Source: Escherichia coli (GTDB lineage: Bacteria; Pseudomonadota; Gammaproteobacteria; Enterobacterales; Enterobacteriaceae). From it: a stretch of 64,000 nucleotides of DNA. A program made the translations under genes and the position numbers. Position 1 is the stretch's first letter. Each line of letters opens with the position of its first letter. The DNA is taken from assembly GCF_003334785.1 (NCBI RefSeq), contig NZ_QOWV01000008.1; one strand, given 5' to 3'. The notes beneath the pieces were generated by a model. It made no database searches. It was not told where the DNA came from and worked only from the letters and a program-made list of their open reading frames with translations. Below are positions 51,565-62,401 of the stretch, in pieces.

Positions 51565-52658
51565 CGGAAAAAGAGATTAGCCTGTGGCGCAATGGCCTAA
51601 ACAGCGTCGAAGATTTACAGGCGAACCATATCGACGAAACCTTCACCTGGGCGCATCGTATCAGCAATCGGGCGGTGGATTTTCTGCAACAGCCTGCGCG
51701 CGCAGACGAGCCTTTCCTGATGGTGGTTTCGTATGATGAGCCGCATCACCCGTTCACCTGTCCGGTGGAGTATTTAGAGAAATACGCTGATTTTTACTAC
51801 GAGCTGGGCGAGAAAGCACAGGATGACCTGGCTAACAAACCGGAACATCACCGCTTATGGGCGCAGGCGATGCCATCGCCAGTCGGTGATGACGGGCTTT
51901 ATCACCATCCGCTCTATTTTGCCTGTAATGACTTTGTTGATGACCAAATCGGACGGGTCATCAATGCCTTAACGCCAGAGCAACGTGAAAATACGTGGGT
52001 TATTTATACCTCCGATCACGGCGAAATGATGGGCGCACATAAGCTGATCAGTAAAGGGGCGGCGATGTATGACGACATCACCCGCATTCCGCTGATCATC
52101 CGTTCGCCGCAAGGGGAGCGGCGACAGGTCGATACGCCAGTCAGTCATATCGATTTACTGCCGACAATGATGGCGCTGGCAGATATTGAAAAACCAGAGA
52201 TTCTGCCGGGGGAAAATATCCTTGCCGTGAAAGAGCCACGCGGCGTGATGGTGGAATTTAACCGCTACGAGATTGAGCATGACAGCTTTGGCGGTTTTAT
52301 TCCGGTGCGTTGCTGGGTGACGGATGACTTTAAACTGGTACTCAACCTCTTCACCAGTGATGAACTTTACGATCGCCGTAATGACCCAAATGAAATGCAT
52401 AACCTGATCGATGATATCCGTTTTGCAGACGTTCGCAGCAAAATGCATGACGCCTTATTGGATTACATGGACAAAATTCGCGATCCGTTCCGCAGTTACC
52501 AATGGAGTCTGCGTCCGTGGCGTAAAGATGCACGGCCGCGCTGGATGGGGGCGTTTCGTCCACGTCCACAAGATGGCTATTCGCCAGTTGTACGCGACTA
52601 TGACACCGGCCTACCGACACAAGGGGTGAAGGTGGAGGAGAAAAAACAGAAGTTCTGA
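51264..52658 (+). pseudogene. yidJ: Cys-type sulfatase YidJ-like lacking its N-terminal ~30-35 residues
   Basis: Sulfatase homology starts at 51264 right after an in-frame TGA; C-x-P-x-R motif CTPAR at 51318-51332; first in-frame ATG only at 51414. Confidence 0.6.
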
Positions 52659-52704
52659 CGATAATGCCCGCTGATGATCACCCGGCGGGCATTATTCAGG
52701 CTGC

Positions 52705-53154
52705 TTAAACCAGTGAACCGCCGGTCAGGAAGGAAAAGATAAGGAATATCAGCAAAATGCTGCACACGATGCCGATACCAAAAAGCAAGGTATGGAAAGC
52801 CAGCGTCCCGCCGCCAAAAACCAGCGCGCCGCGAATGCCCCAGCGATTTTCCTTACGCATACCGCCAATAAATGCGCAAAGTAGCGCAGCAATGGCCAGT
52901 GCGATACCGCTTTGATTGAGGATTTTATCGACATCTACGTCCTCTTTTTTCTCCACGGTGGTAATTTTTTCGCCTTTTATTCCGGCGAGAAGACCTCTTT
53001 TAATTTCAGCCGTTTTGTCCGCCACGATGCTTTCAAACGTTGGCGGTGGTGCGGAGAAAGGGCCGAATGAAAAGTGGATAATCCCCATCATTAAAGCGAT
53101 GGCACCGAACAGCATGCCCAATGAACTGATTTTATTTTGAGCTATGATACCCAT
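52705..53154 (-). CDS. yidI: Inner membrane protein YidI
   Basis: 149 aa from MGIIAQNKISSLG with aggagg SD. Confidence 0.85.
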   Translation of the reverse strand: MGIIAQNKISSLGMLFGAIALMMGIIHFSFGPFSAPPPTFESIVADKTAEIKRGLLAGIKGEKITTVEKKEDVDVDKILNQSGIALAIAALLCAFIGGMRKENRWGIRGALVFGGGTLAFHTLLFGIGIVCSILLIFLIFSFLTGGSLV

Positions 53155-53261
53155 CTGACCTCCTTGTAGCGGATGGCAAAAGCATATCAGGAAACGGGCG
53201 GACGAAATTCTTAAAAAAACCGCTAAAGGTAGAGCGTTAGTGAAATTGCAAAGGAGCAACA

Positions 53262-53609
53262 ATGAAAATTTCCCGCCTCGGAGAAGCGCCTGATTACCGC
53301 TTCTCGCTGGCTAATGAGCGTACTTTTCTGGCGTGGATCCGTACTGCACTAGGATTTCTGGCGGCGGGGGTTGGGCTTGATCAACTTGCGCCAGATTTCG
53401 CCACGCCCGTCATTCGCGAACTGCTGGCGTTGTTGTTGTGTCTGTTTTCCGGCGGGTTAGCGATGTATGGCTACTTGCGCTGGTTACGCAATGAAAAAGC
53501 GATGCGTCTGAAAGAGGACCTGCCCTACACCAACAGCTTATTAATCATTAGCTTAATATTGATGGTCGTGGCGGTGATCGTTATGGGACTGGTGTTGTAT
53601 GCCGGATAG
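53262..53609 (+). CDS. yidH: Inner membrane protein YidH (DUF202)
   Basis: 115-aa ORF. Confidence 0.9.
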   Translation: MKISRLGEAPDYRFSLANERTFLAWIRTALGFLAAGVGLDQLAPDFATPVIRELLALLLCLFSGGLAMYGYLRWLRNEKAMRLKEDLPYTNSLLIISLILMVVAVIVMGLVLYAG

Positions 53610-53961
53610 CCGCAAAGCCAGACGCATTGCCGACCCAGGACTGCAGCCGGAGCGCACATCACTGGCGTGGTTTCGTACCATGCTGGGCTACGGCGCGTTG
53701 ATGGCGTTGGCTATCAAACACAACTGGCACCAGGCGGGCATGTTATTCTGGATTTCGATTGGCATTCTCGCCATCGTGGCGCTGATCCTCTGGCACTACA
53801 CCCGTAATCGCAATTTAATGGATGTCACGAATAGCGATTTTTCCCAATTTCACGTAGTCCGTGACAAATTTTTGATCTCCCTCGCGGTGTTATCTCTCGC
53901 AATACTGTTTGCTGTAACGCATATACATCAACTTATCGTATTTATTGAGAGAGTCGCATGA
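53599..53961 (+). CDS. yidG: Inner membrane protein YidG
   Basis: 120-aa ORF; overlaps yidH by 11 nt. Confidence 0.9.
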   Translation: MPDSRKARRIADPGLQPERTSLAWFRTMLGYGALMALAIKHNWHQAGMLFWISIGILAIVALILWHYTRNRNLMDVTNSDFSQFHVVRDKFLISLAVLSLAILFAVTHIHQLIVFIERVA

Positions 53962-54455
53962 CAGGAAGTCAGGTCATTGATGCTGAAGAGGACAGGCATA
54001 AACTGGTTGTAGAGTACAAGGATGCTCTGCAACCTGCCGATTTTTATCACAATTTCAAACAGCGGGGCATCCGCTCCGTACAGCTCATTCCCTATCTTGA
54101 ATTTGATGACCGGGGCGATCTGACGGCCGCTTCGGTGACAGCAGAGCTGTGGGGGAAATTTTTAATTGCCCTGTTCGAGTGTTGGGTGCGGGCAGATATC
54201 AGTCGTATCTCGATTGAGCTTTTTGACGCCACCTTACAAAAATGGTGTGGCAGCGAAAACCCGCAACCGCGCTGTGACTGCCAGGCGTGCGACTGGCATC
54301 GCCTGTGCCCGCACGCTCGGCAGGAGACGCCAGACAGCGTGCTTTGTGCGGGCTATCAGGCGTTTTATTCTTACTCCGCACCGCATATGCGGGTGATGCG
54401 TGATCTGATAAAGCAGCATCGTTCTCCCATGGAGCTGATGACGATGCTGCGGTGA
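53958..54455 (+). CDS. yidF: YidF, Cys-rich SPASM-like remnant of an anaerobic sulfatase-maturase-type protein
   Basis: 165-aa ORF with CDCQACDWHRLCPH cluster; no CxxxCxxC radical-SAM motif. Confidence 0.8.
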   Translation: MTGSQVIDAEEDRHKLVVEYKDALQPADFYHNFKQRGIRSVQLIPYLEFDDRGDLTAASVTAELWGKFLIALFECWVRADISRISIELFDATLQKWCGSENPQPRCDCQACDWHRLCPHARQETPDSVLCAGYQAFYSYSAPHMRVMRDLIKQHRSPMELMTMLR

Positions 54456-54462
54456 CGTGCGC

Positions 54463-55647
54463 TTAAACGGGCTGCCCCTGATGCGACATCCGCGTCGCCA
54501 GCGGCAGCCAGCACAGCACGATCAACAATCCCATTAAGGTCATCAACAACCCCAGGCTGCCCTGACCGGTTTGCGGCAACATCGCAGAGAGCGACGCCAG
54601 CACGCCGGAACCAATGTTTTGCAGACCGCCGACCAGCGCGCCAGCCGTGCCCGCCAGGAAGGGGAACGGCTCCATCGCGCCGCTGGTCGCCAGCGGAAAC
54701 AGCATCCCGGCACCGAAAAAGAACAGCGCGGCGGGAACGAGCAGCGTCCAGACATTCATCACGCCAAACCAGTCGGGGATCCACATCAGCAAGCCAGCCA
54801 GCAGGCAGCAGATAACCGACTGCCACATTAACGTGGAGAAGCGTTTATTGGGACGTCCGGCAAACCATGCGCCAAAAAACGCTGCCGGAATCGGCAGAAT
54901 AAACAAAATACTGACCGTCATACTGCTCAGCCCTAACACCGCGCCCATCAGCACGCCGGAGCAGGCTTCAAAGGCGGCAATCCCGGCCAGACCGCCAATC
55001 AGCATCAGCAAATAACAGTTAAAACCGCTGTTACCGAAAAGCGTTTTATAACTGGTAAGCAGGCGCGTGCGCGGTGCATCGACCGGACGCGTTTCCGGCA
55101 TCCAGCGGGCCATACTGAAGGTCACACCAGCACAAAGAACCAACAAAAAGAGATAACAGGCGCGCCAGTTCCACATCGTATCCAGCAGACCGCCGATTAG
55201 CGGTGCGAGCAACGGACTGACGAGAATCCCCATGTTTAACAGGCTGTTAGCATGGCGCAACTGTGTCCGTTCATATAAATCTCGCGGTAAAGTACGCGCC
55301 ATTACGCCGCCAACGCCGGTGCCCATCCCCTGCATCGCGCTGGCGGCAATCAACACCGTCAAACTGGAGGTCGTGACCGCGACCAGCGTTGCCAGCATAA
55401 AAATGGACATTCCGACGAGGATCACCGGTCGGCGGCCCACGCGGTCGGAAATCGGGCCATAAAACAGCTGTGAGACACCGTAAGTCAGCAGATAAGCGCC
55501 CATTACGCTCTGCACCGCCCCTTCACGGACGTTGAGATCGCGCGCCATATCGGCAATAGCTGGAATATAAATGGTTTGCGCCATCTGACCGACGGCCACG
55601 AGTAATACCAACATCAATAACAAATTGACGTTTCTTTGCCTTTTCAT
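54463..55647 (-). CDS. emrD: MFS multidrug efflux transporter EmrD
   Basis: 394 aa from MKRQRNVNLLLMLVLLVAVGQ. Confidence 0.95.
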   Translation of the reverse strand: MKRQRNVNLLLMLVLLVAVGQMAQTIYIPAIADMARDLNVREGAVQSVMGAYLLTYGVSQLFYGPISDRVGRRPVILVGMSIFMLATLVAVTTSSLTVLIAASAMQGMGTGVGGVMARTLPRDLYERTQLRHANSLLNMGILVSPLLAPLIGGLLDTMWNWRACYLFLLVLCAGVTFSMARWMPETRPVDAPRTRLLTSYKTLFGNSGFNCYLLMLIGGLAGIAAFEACSGVLMGAVLGLSSMTVSILFILPIPAAFFGAWFAGRPNKRFSTLMWQSVICCLLAGLLMWIPDWFGVMNVWTLLVPAALFFFGAGMLFPLATSGAMEPFPFLAGTAGALVGGLQNIGSGVLASLSAMLPQTGQGSLGLLMTLMGLLIVLCWLPLATRMSHQGQPV

Positions 55648-55822
55648 TATCACGGATGCTTTTATAAAAATAATTAGAATAAGTCACTACGCATTCCCAT
55701 AAATGCGGGAGAGGAATCTATCACATTGATGAATGTTAGCCAGATATACGCCAGGAATGGGGAATTGTTTAGCGGCAGAATATGTAAACAAAAGCGGCAA
55801 TAAATGTTGCCGGGAGAGATGG

Positions 55823-55857
55823 TAGGGCGGATAAGATGCGTCAGCATCGCATCCGAC
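55823..55857. repeat. REP-like palindromic element
   Basis: gcggataagatgcgtcagcatcgcatccgac. Confidence 0.5.
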
Positions 55858-55870
55858 ACCAACCCGCACG

Positions 55871-55904
55871 CTAAATATAAAAGGGGAGCGGTTTCCCGCT
55901 CCCC
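55871..55904 (-). terminator. Intrinsic terminator downstream of tisB
   Basis: ggggagcg/cgctcccc hairpin with U-run on minus strand. Confidence 0.65.
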
Positions 55905-55926
55905 TTTGGTGCGACTTGAATCTGAA

Positions 55927-56016
55927 TTACTTCAGGTATTTCAGAACAGCATCAAGCAGTTGCAGTGCTGCAACAATGAGTTTGAGGATAAGAATGGCGA
56001 TATCCACCAGGTTCAT
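55927..56016 (-). CDS. tisB: Type I toxin TisB (29 aa)
   Basis: Reverse complement translates exactly MNLVDIAILILKLIVAALQLLDAVLKYLK*. Confidence 0.92.
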   Translation of the reverse strand: MNLVDIAILILKLIVAALQLLDAVLKYLK

Positions 56017-56250
56017 ACGCGTCTCCTGTGGTTCAGGAGCACTGCCAGCTGACGTACCTTTCCGCTGCCTGTTGCCAGCTGTTGTGCACGCGGTATCTCA
56101 AGGAGAAACGTTGTGCTTGTTGACATAACACAGTGTGCTCACGCGGGGTTAAGGCGCTGACGGCACCACCCGTTTCAGCCAGGACTTAGTGCGCCGGGTA
56201 ACGATGCGGCCCCCGCATAACACATTGCGTACAGTGATATTATAGAAGTT

Positions 56251-56270
56251 TACTGTATAAATAAACAGTA
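56251..56270. promoter_or_regulatory. LexA box (SOS operator) for tisAB / istR-2
   Basis: TACTGTATAAATAAACAGTA, CTGT-N8-ACAG. Confidence 0.8.
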
Positions 56271-56376
56271 ATATTTGGACAAAACGCAAACTGTGATCGA
56301 TACTCAACTATGCACTAAATACGTCAAAATTCGTGCCGAAATTGCGCGTTCTGCGCGGAACACGTATACTTTCAGT

Positions 56377-56451
56377 GTTGACATAATACAGTGTGCTTTG
56401 CGGTTACCAGCCGCAGGCGACTGACGAAACCTCGCTCCGGCGGGGTTTTTT
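56377..56451 (+). ncRNA. istR: IstR-1 antitoxin sRNA, about 75 nt (IstR-2 would start further upstream)
   Basis: -10 tatact at 56365-56370; 21-nt match to the tisAB leader; terminator hairpin plus T6 at 56426-56451. Confidence 0.6.
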
Positions 56452-56580
56452 GTTATCTGCAATTCAGTACAAAACGTGATCAACCCCTCAATTTTCCCTT
56501 GCTGAAAAATTTTCCATTGTCTCCCCTGTAAAGCTGTGCTTGTATAAATATTGTTAAACACAAAACCAACAAGGTCCCCA

Positions 56581-56679
56581 ATGACTACTTCCATGCTCAA
56601 CGCAAAACTACTACCAACTGCGCCATCCGCCGCAGTGGTCGTCGTGCGTGTGGTGGTGGTCGTCGGCAATGCGCCGTAG
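56581..56679 (+). CDS. ivbL: ilvB operon leader peptide IvbL (32 aa)
   Basis: MTTSMLNAKLLPTAPSAAVVVVRVVVVVGNAP*; Val/Leu-rich. Confidence 0.9.
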   Translation: MTTSMLNAKLLPTAPSAAVVVVRVVVVVGNAP

Positions 56680-56706
56680 GGACTGGAACAACACACGATT
56701 CCAAAA

Positions 56707-56736
56707 CCCCGCCGGCGCAAACCGGGCGGGGTTTTT
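56707..56736 (+). terminator. ilvB attenuator terminator
   Basis: ccccgccggcgcaaaccgggcgggg hairpin followed by ttttt. Confidence 0.8.
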
Positions 56737-56784
56737 CGTTTAAGCATCTCCCGGAAAGTCGGCCCAGAAGAAAAGGACTGGAGC

Positions 56785-58473
56785 ATGGCAAGTTCGGGCA
56801 CAACATCGACGCGTAAGCGCTTTACCGGCGCAGAATTTATCGTTCATTTCCTGGAACAGCAGGGCATTAAGATTGTGACAGGCATTCCGGGCGGTTCTAT
56901 CCTGCCTGTTTACGATGCCTTAAGCCAAAGCACGCAAATCCGCCATATTCTGGCCCGTCATGAACAGGGCGCGGGCTTTATCGCTCAGGGAATGGCGCGC
57001 ACCGACGGTAAACCGGCGGTCTGTATGGCCTGTAGCGGACCGGGTGCGACTAACCTGGTGACCGCCATTGCCGATGCGCGGCTGGACTCCATCCCGCTGA
57101 TTTGCATCACTGGTCAGGTTCCCGCCTCGATGATCGGCACCGACGCCTTCCAGGAAGTGGACACCTACGGCATCTCTATCCCCATCACCAAACACAACTA
57201 TCTGGTCAGACATATCGAAGAACTCCCGCAGGTCATGAGCGATGCCTTCCGCATTGCGCAATCAGGCCGCCCAGGCCCGGTGTGGATAGACATTCCTAAG
57301 GATGTGCAAACGGCAGTTTTTGAGATTGAAACACAGCCCGCTATGGCAGAAAAAGCCGCCGCCCCCGCCTTTAGCGAAGAAAGCATTCGTGACGCAGCGG
57401 CGATGATTAACGCTGCCAAACGCCCGGTGCTTTATCTGGGCGGCGGTGTGATCAATGCGCCCGCACGGGTGCGTGAACTGGCGGAGAAAGCGCAACTGCC
57501 TACCACCATGACTTTAATGGCGCTGGGCATGTTGCCAAAAGCGCATCCGTTGTCGCTGGGTATGCTGGGGATGCACGGCGTGCGCAGCACCAACTATATT
57601 TTGCAGGAGGCGGATTTGTTGATAGTGCTCGGTGCGCGTTTTGATGACCGGGCGATTGGCAAAACCGAGCAGTTCTGTCCGAATGCCAAAATCATTCATG
57701 TCGATATCGACCGTGCAGAGCTGGGTAAAATCAAGCAGCCGCACGTGGCGATTCAGGCGGATGTTGATGACGTGCTGGCGCAGTTGATCCCGCTGGTGGA
57801 AGCGCAACCGCGTGCAGAGTGGCACCAGTTGGTAGCGGATTTGCAGCGTGAGTTTCCGTGTCCAATCCCGAAAGCGTGCGATCCGTTAAGCCATTACGGC
57901 CTGATCAACGCCGTTGCCGCCTGTGTCGATGACAATGCAATTATCACCACCGACGTTGGTCAGCATCAGATGTGGACCGCGCAAGCTTATCCGCTCAATC
58001 GCCCACGCCAGTGGCTGACCTCCGGTGGGCTGGGCACGATGGGTTTTGGCCTGCCTGCGGCGATTGGCGCTGCGCTGGCGAACCCGGATCGCAAAGTGTT
58101 GTGTTTCTCCGGCGACGGCAGCCTGATGATGAATATTCAGGAGATGGCGACCGCCAGTGAAAATCAGCTGGATGTCAAAATCATTCTGATGAACAACGAA
58201 GCGCTGGGGCTGGTGCATCAGCAACAGAGTCTGTTCTACGAGCAAGGCGTTTTTGCCGCCACCTATCCGGGCAAAATCAACTTTATGCAGATTGCCGCCG
58301 GATTCGGCCTCGAAACCTGTGATTTGAATAACGAAGCCGATCCGCAGGCTTCATTGCAGGAAATCATCAATCGCCCTGGCCCGGCGCTGATCCATGTGCG
58401 CATTGATGCCGAAGAAAAAGTTTACCCGATGGTGCCGCCAGGTGCGGCGAATACTGAAATGGTGGGGGAATAA
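56785..58473 (+). CDS. ilvB: Acetolactate synthase I large subunit IlvB
   Basis: 562-aa ORF, ThDP enzyme. Confidence 0.98.
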   Translation: MASSGTTSTRKRFTGAEFIVHFLEQQGIKIVTGIPGGSILPVYDALSQSTQIRHILARHEQGAGFIAQGMARTDGKPAVCMACSGPGATNLVTAIADARLDSIPLICITGQVPASMIGTDAFQEVDTYGISIPITKHNYLVRHIEELPQVMSDAFRIAQSGRPGPVWIDIPKDVQTAVFEIETQPAMAEKAAAPAFSEESIRDAAAMINAAKRPVLYLGGGVINAPARVRELAEKAQLPTTMTLMALGMLPKAHPLSLGMLGMHGVRSTNYILQEADLLIVLGARFDDRAIGKTEQFCPNAKIIHVDIDRAELGKIKQPHVAIQADVDDVLAQLIPLVEAQPRAEWHQLVADLQREFPCPIPKACDPLSHYGLINAVAACVDDNAIITTDVGQHQMWTAQAYPLNRPRQWLTSGGLGTMGFGLPAAIGAALANPDRKVLCFSGDGSLMMNIQEMATASENQLDVKIILMNNEALGLVHQQQSLFYEQGVFAATYPGKINFMQIAAGFGLETCDLNNEADPQASLQEIINRPGPALIHVRIDAEEKVYPMVPPGAANTEMVGE

Positions 58474-58476
58474 GCC

Positions 58477-58767
58477 ATGCAAAACACAACTCATGACAAC
58501 GTAATTCTGGAGCTCACCGTTCGCAACCATCCGGGCGTAATGACCCACGTTTGTGGCCTTTTTGCCCGCCGCGCTTTTAACGTTGAAGGCATTCTTTGTC
58601 TGCCGATTCAGGACAGCGACAAAAGCCATATCTGGCTACTGGTCAATGACGACCAGCGTCTGGAGCAGATGATAAGCCAAATCGATAAGCTGGAAGATGT
58701 CGTGAAAGTGCAGCGTAATCAGTCCGATCCGACGATGTTTAACAAGATCGCGGTGTTTTTTCAGTAA
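58477..58767 (+). CDS. ilvN: Acetolactate synthase I small subunit IlvN
   Basis: 96-aa ORF. Confidence 0.97.
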
Positions 58768-58842
58768 CCGCTCAAGGCTTGAACAACATCGCGCTTATCG
58801 TTAAGGTAAGCGCGTATTTTTTTTACCCGCCAGGACAAGACC

Positions 58843-59433
58843 ATGATCACCGTTGCCCTTATAGACGATCACCTCATCGTCCGCTCCGGCTTTGCGCAGC
58901 TGCTGGGGCTGGAACCTGATTTGCAGGTAGTTGCCGAGTTTGGTTCGGGGCGCGAGGCGCTGGCGGGGCTGCCGGGGCGCGGTGTGCAGGTGTGTATTTG
59001 CGATATCTCCATGCCCGATATCTCCGGTCTGGAGCTGCTAAGCCAGCTGCCGAAAGGTATGGCGACGATTATGCTCTCCGTTCACGACAGTCCTGCGCTG
59101 GTTGAGCAGGCGCTTAACGCGGGGGCACGCGGCTTTCTTTCCAAACGCTGTAGCCCGGATGAACTCATTGCTGCGGTGCATACGGTTGCCACGGGCGGCT
59201 GTTATCTGACGCCGGATATTGCCATTAAACTGGCATCCGGTCGTCAGGACCCGCTAACCAAACGTGAACGCCAGGTGGCGGAAAAACTGGCGCAAGGAAT
59301 GGCGGTGAAAGAGATTGCCGCCGAACTGGGCTTGTCACCGAAAACGGTACACGTCCATCGCGCCAATCTGATGGAAAAACTGGGCGTCAGTAACGACGTA
59401 GAGCTGGCGCGCCGCATGTTTGATGGCTGGTGA
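58843..59433 (+). CDS. uhpA: Response regulator UhpA
   Basis: 196-aa ORF, receiver domain plus LuxR-type HTH. Confidence 0.97.
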
Positions 59434-60935
59434 TGAAGACGTTGTTCTCCCGCTTAATTACCGTTATTGCCTGCTTTTTTATCTTCTCTGCCGCATGGTT
59501 TTGCCTGTGGAGTATCAGCCTGCATCTGGTTGAGCGCCCTGATATGGCGGTGCTGTTATTTCCGTTTGGTCTGCGTCTGGGGCTAATGCTGCAATGCCCG
59601 CGCGGATACTGGCCCGTATTGCTGGGCGCGGAGTGGCTGCTGATTTACTGGCTAACGCAGGCGGTCGGTTTAACCCATTTTCCGTTATTGATGATCGGTA
59701 GTTTACTGACGTTACTGCCCGTAGCGCTGATCTCGCGCTATCGCCATCAGCGTGACTGGCGCACCTTGCTGTTACAGGGGGCGGCGTTAACGGCGGCGGC
59801 GTTGTTGCAGTCGCTGCCCTGGCTTTGGCACGGCAAAGAGTCGTGGAATGCGCTGTTGCTGACTTTAACTGGCGGCCTGACGCTGGCCCCGATATGTCTG
59901 GTGTTCTGGCACTATCTCGCCAATAACACCTGGCTGCCGCTCGGTCCGTCACTGGTTTCTCAGCCAATCAACTGGCGCGGGCGACATCTGGTCTGGTACT
60001 TGCTGCTGTTTGTTATCAGTCTCTGGCTCCAGTTGGGATTGCCGGACGAACTGTCGCGCTTTACGCCATTCTGTCTGGCGCTGCCGATTATCGCGCTGGC
60101 CTGGCACTATGGTTGGCAAGGGGCGCTGATTGCGACGTTGATGAACGCCATCGCGCTGATCGCCAGTCAAACCTGGCGCGATCATCCGGTGGATTTATTG
60201 CTCTCGCTGCTGGTGCAAAGTCTGACAGGGTTGTTGCTTGGCGCTGGCATCCAGCGGTTGCGTGAACTTAACCAGTCGCTGCAAAAGGAACTGGCGCGCA
60301 ATCAGCATCTGGCTGAACGGTTGCTGGAAACCGAAGAGAGCGTGCGCCGTGATGTGGCGCGTGAGCTGCATGATGATATCGGTCAGACCATCACTGCTAT
60401 TCGTACTCAGGCGGGCATTGTTCAGCGGCTGGCGGCAGATAACGCCAGCGTGAAGCAGAGCGGGCAGCTCATCGAACAACTATCGCTGGGCGTTTACGAC
60501 GCGGTGCGCCGTTTGTTGGGTCGGTTACGTCCGCGCCAGTTGGATGATCTCACCCTGGAGCAGGCCATCCGCTCACTGATGCGGGAAATGGAGCTGGAAG
60601 GGCGCGGTATTGTCAGCCATCTCGAATGGCGAATCGATGAATCAGCGTTAAGCGAAAACCAGCGCGTGACGCTGTTTCGTGTCTGCCAGGAAGGGCTGAA
60701 CAACATTGTGAAACATGCTGATGCCAGCGCGGTCACCCTGCAAGGCTGGCAGCAGGATGAACGGTTGATGCTGGTTATTGAAGACGATGGCAGCGGTTTG
60801 CCGCCGGGTTCCGGGCAACAAGGTTTTGGCCTCACCGGAATGCGCGAGCGCGTAACGGCGCTGGGTGGCACATTACACATTTCCTGTCTGCACGGCACGC
60901 GTGTCAGCGTTTCTCTACCTCAACGCTATGTCTAA
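59433..60935 (+). CDS. uhpB: Sensor histidine kinase UhpB
   Basis: 500 aa from ATG overlapping uhpA stop; H-box ELHDDIGQ. Confidence 0.95.
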
Positions 60936-60944
60936 GGTTTGATG

Positions 60945-62264
60945 ATGTTGCCGTTTCTGAAAGCGCCTGCCGATGCGCCATTAATGACTGATAAATATGA
61001 AATTGATGCCCGCTATCGCTACTGGCGTCGGCATATTCTGCTGACCATCTGGCTGGGTTACGCGCTGTTTTACTTCACGCGGAAAAGTTTTAACGCCGCC
61101 GTACCAGAAATCCTTGCTAACGGCGTGCTCAGCCGTAGCGATATCGGCCTGTTAGCGACCCTGTTTTACATTACCTATGGCGTGTCGAAGTTTGTCTCCG
61201 GCATTGTCAGCGATCGCTCAAATGCCCGTTATTTTATGGGGATAGGGCTTATCGCCACGGGCATTATCAACATTCTGTTTGGCTTCTCGACGTCGCTATG
61301 GGCGTTTGCCGTGCTCTGGGTGCTGAACGCCTTTTTCCAGGGCTGGGGTTCACCGGTGTGTGCGCGTCTGTTAACGGCCTGGTATTCACGTACCGAGCGC
61401 GGCGGTTGGTGGGCATTATGGAACACGGCGCATAACGTCGGCGGCGCACTCATTCCCATTGTGATGGCAGCGGCTGCGCTGCATTACGGCTGGCGTGCCG
61501 GGATGATGATTGCTGGTTGTATGGCGATAGTCGTGGGGATTTTTCTCTGCTGGCGGCTACGCGATCGCCCGCAGGCGTTAGGTTTACCGGCGGTCGGTGA
61601 ATGGCGACACGACGCGCTGGAAATTGCTCAACAACAAGAAGGGGCAGGGTTGACGCGTAAAGAGATCCTCACCAAATATGTGTTGCTGAATCCGTATATC
61701 TGGCTGCTTTCGTTTTGCTATGTGCTGGTCTATGTGGTCCGGGCGGCGATCAACGACTGGGGCAATTTGTATATGTCCGAGACACTGGGCGTCGATCTGG
61801 TCACGGCGAATACGGCAGTGACGATGTTTGAACTGGGCGGATTTATCGGTGCGCTGGTAGCCGGTTGGGGCTCGGACAAATTGTTTAACGGCAACCGAGG
61901 GCCGATGAATTTGATTTTCGCCGCCGGAATTTTGCTTTCAGTCGGCTCCCTGTGGCTGATGCCATTTGCCAGCTACGTGATGCAGGCAACCTGCTTCTTC
62001 ACCATTGGTTTTTTTGTCTTTGGCCCACAGATGTTAATCGGTATGGCGGCGGCAGAGTGTTCCCACAAAGAGGCGGCAGGGGCGGCGACGGGGTTTGTCG
62101 GCTTGTTTGCTTATCTGGGGGCGTCGCTTGCTGGTTGGCCGCTGGCGAAAGTACTCGATACCTGGCACTGGAGCGGATTTTTTGTGGTTATCTCTATCGC
62201 CGCCGGGATTTCCGCACTGCTGTTACTGCCCTTTTTGAACGCCCAGACACCGCGCGAAGCGTGA
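60945..62264 (+). CDS. uhpC: Membrane sensor UhpC (MFS-like)
   Basis: 439 aa from MLPFLKAPADAPLMTDKYEID. Confidence 0.95.
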   Translation: MLPFLKAPADAPLMTDKYEIDARYRYWRRHILLTIWLGYALFYFTRKSFNAAVPEILANGVLSRSDIGLLATLFYITYGVSKFVSGIVSDRSNARYFMGIGLIATGIINILFGFSTSLWAFAVLWVLNAFFQGWGSPVCARLLTAWYSRTERGGWWALWNTAHNVGGALIPIVMAAAALHYGWRAGMMIAGCMAIVVGIFLCWRLRDRPQALGLPAVGEWRHDALEIAQQQEGAGLTRKEILTKYVLLNPYIWLLSFCYVLVYVVRAAINDWGNLYMSETLGVDLVTANTAVTMFELGGFIGALVAGWGSDKLFNGNRGPMNLIFAAGILLSVGSLWLMPFASYVMQATCFFTIGFFVFGPQMLIGMAAAECSHKEAAGAATGFVGLFAYLGASLAGWPLAKVLDTWHWSGFFVVISIAAGISALLLLPFLNAQTPREA

Positions 62265-62401
62265 TGCATCTCACCTTTTCACTTCATATCCGGCAAAACT
62301 AAGAAATTTTCCAGGTTTTGCCTGGACGCTATCTCAGGCCTGATTTGCTGCTGATTTTTACAATGCATGCCTCACGCAGGTATTCATTTCAGGAGTAACC
62401 C

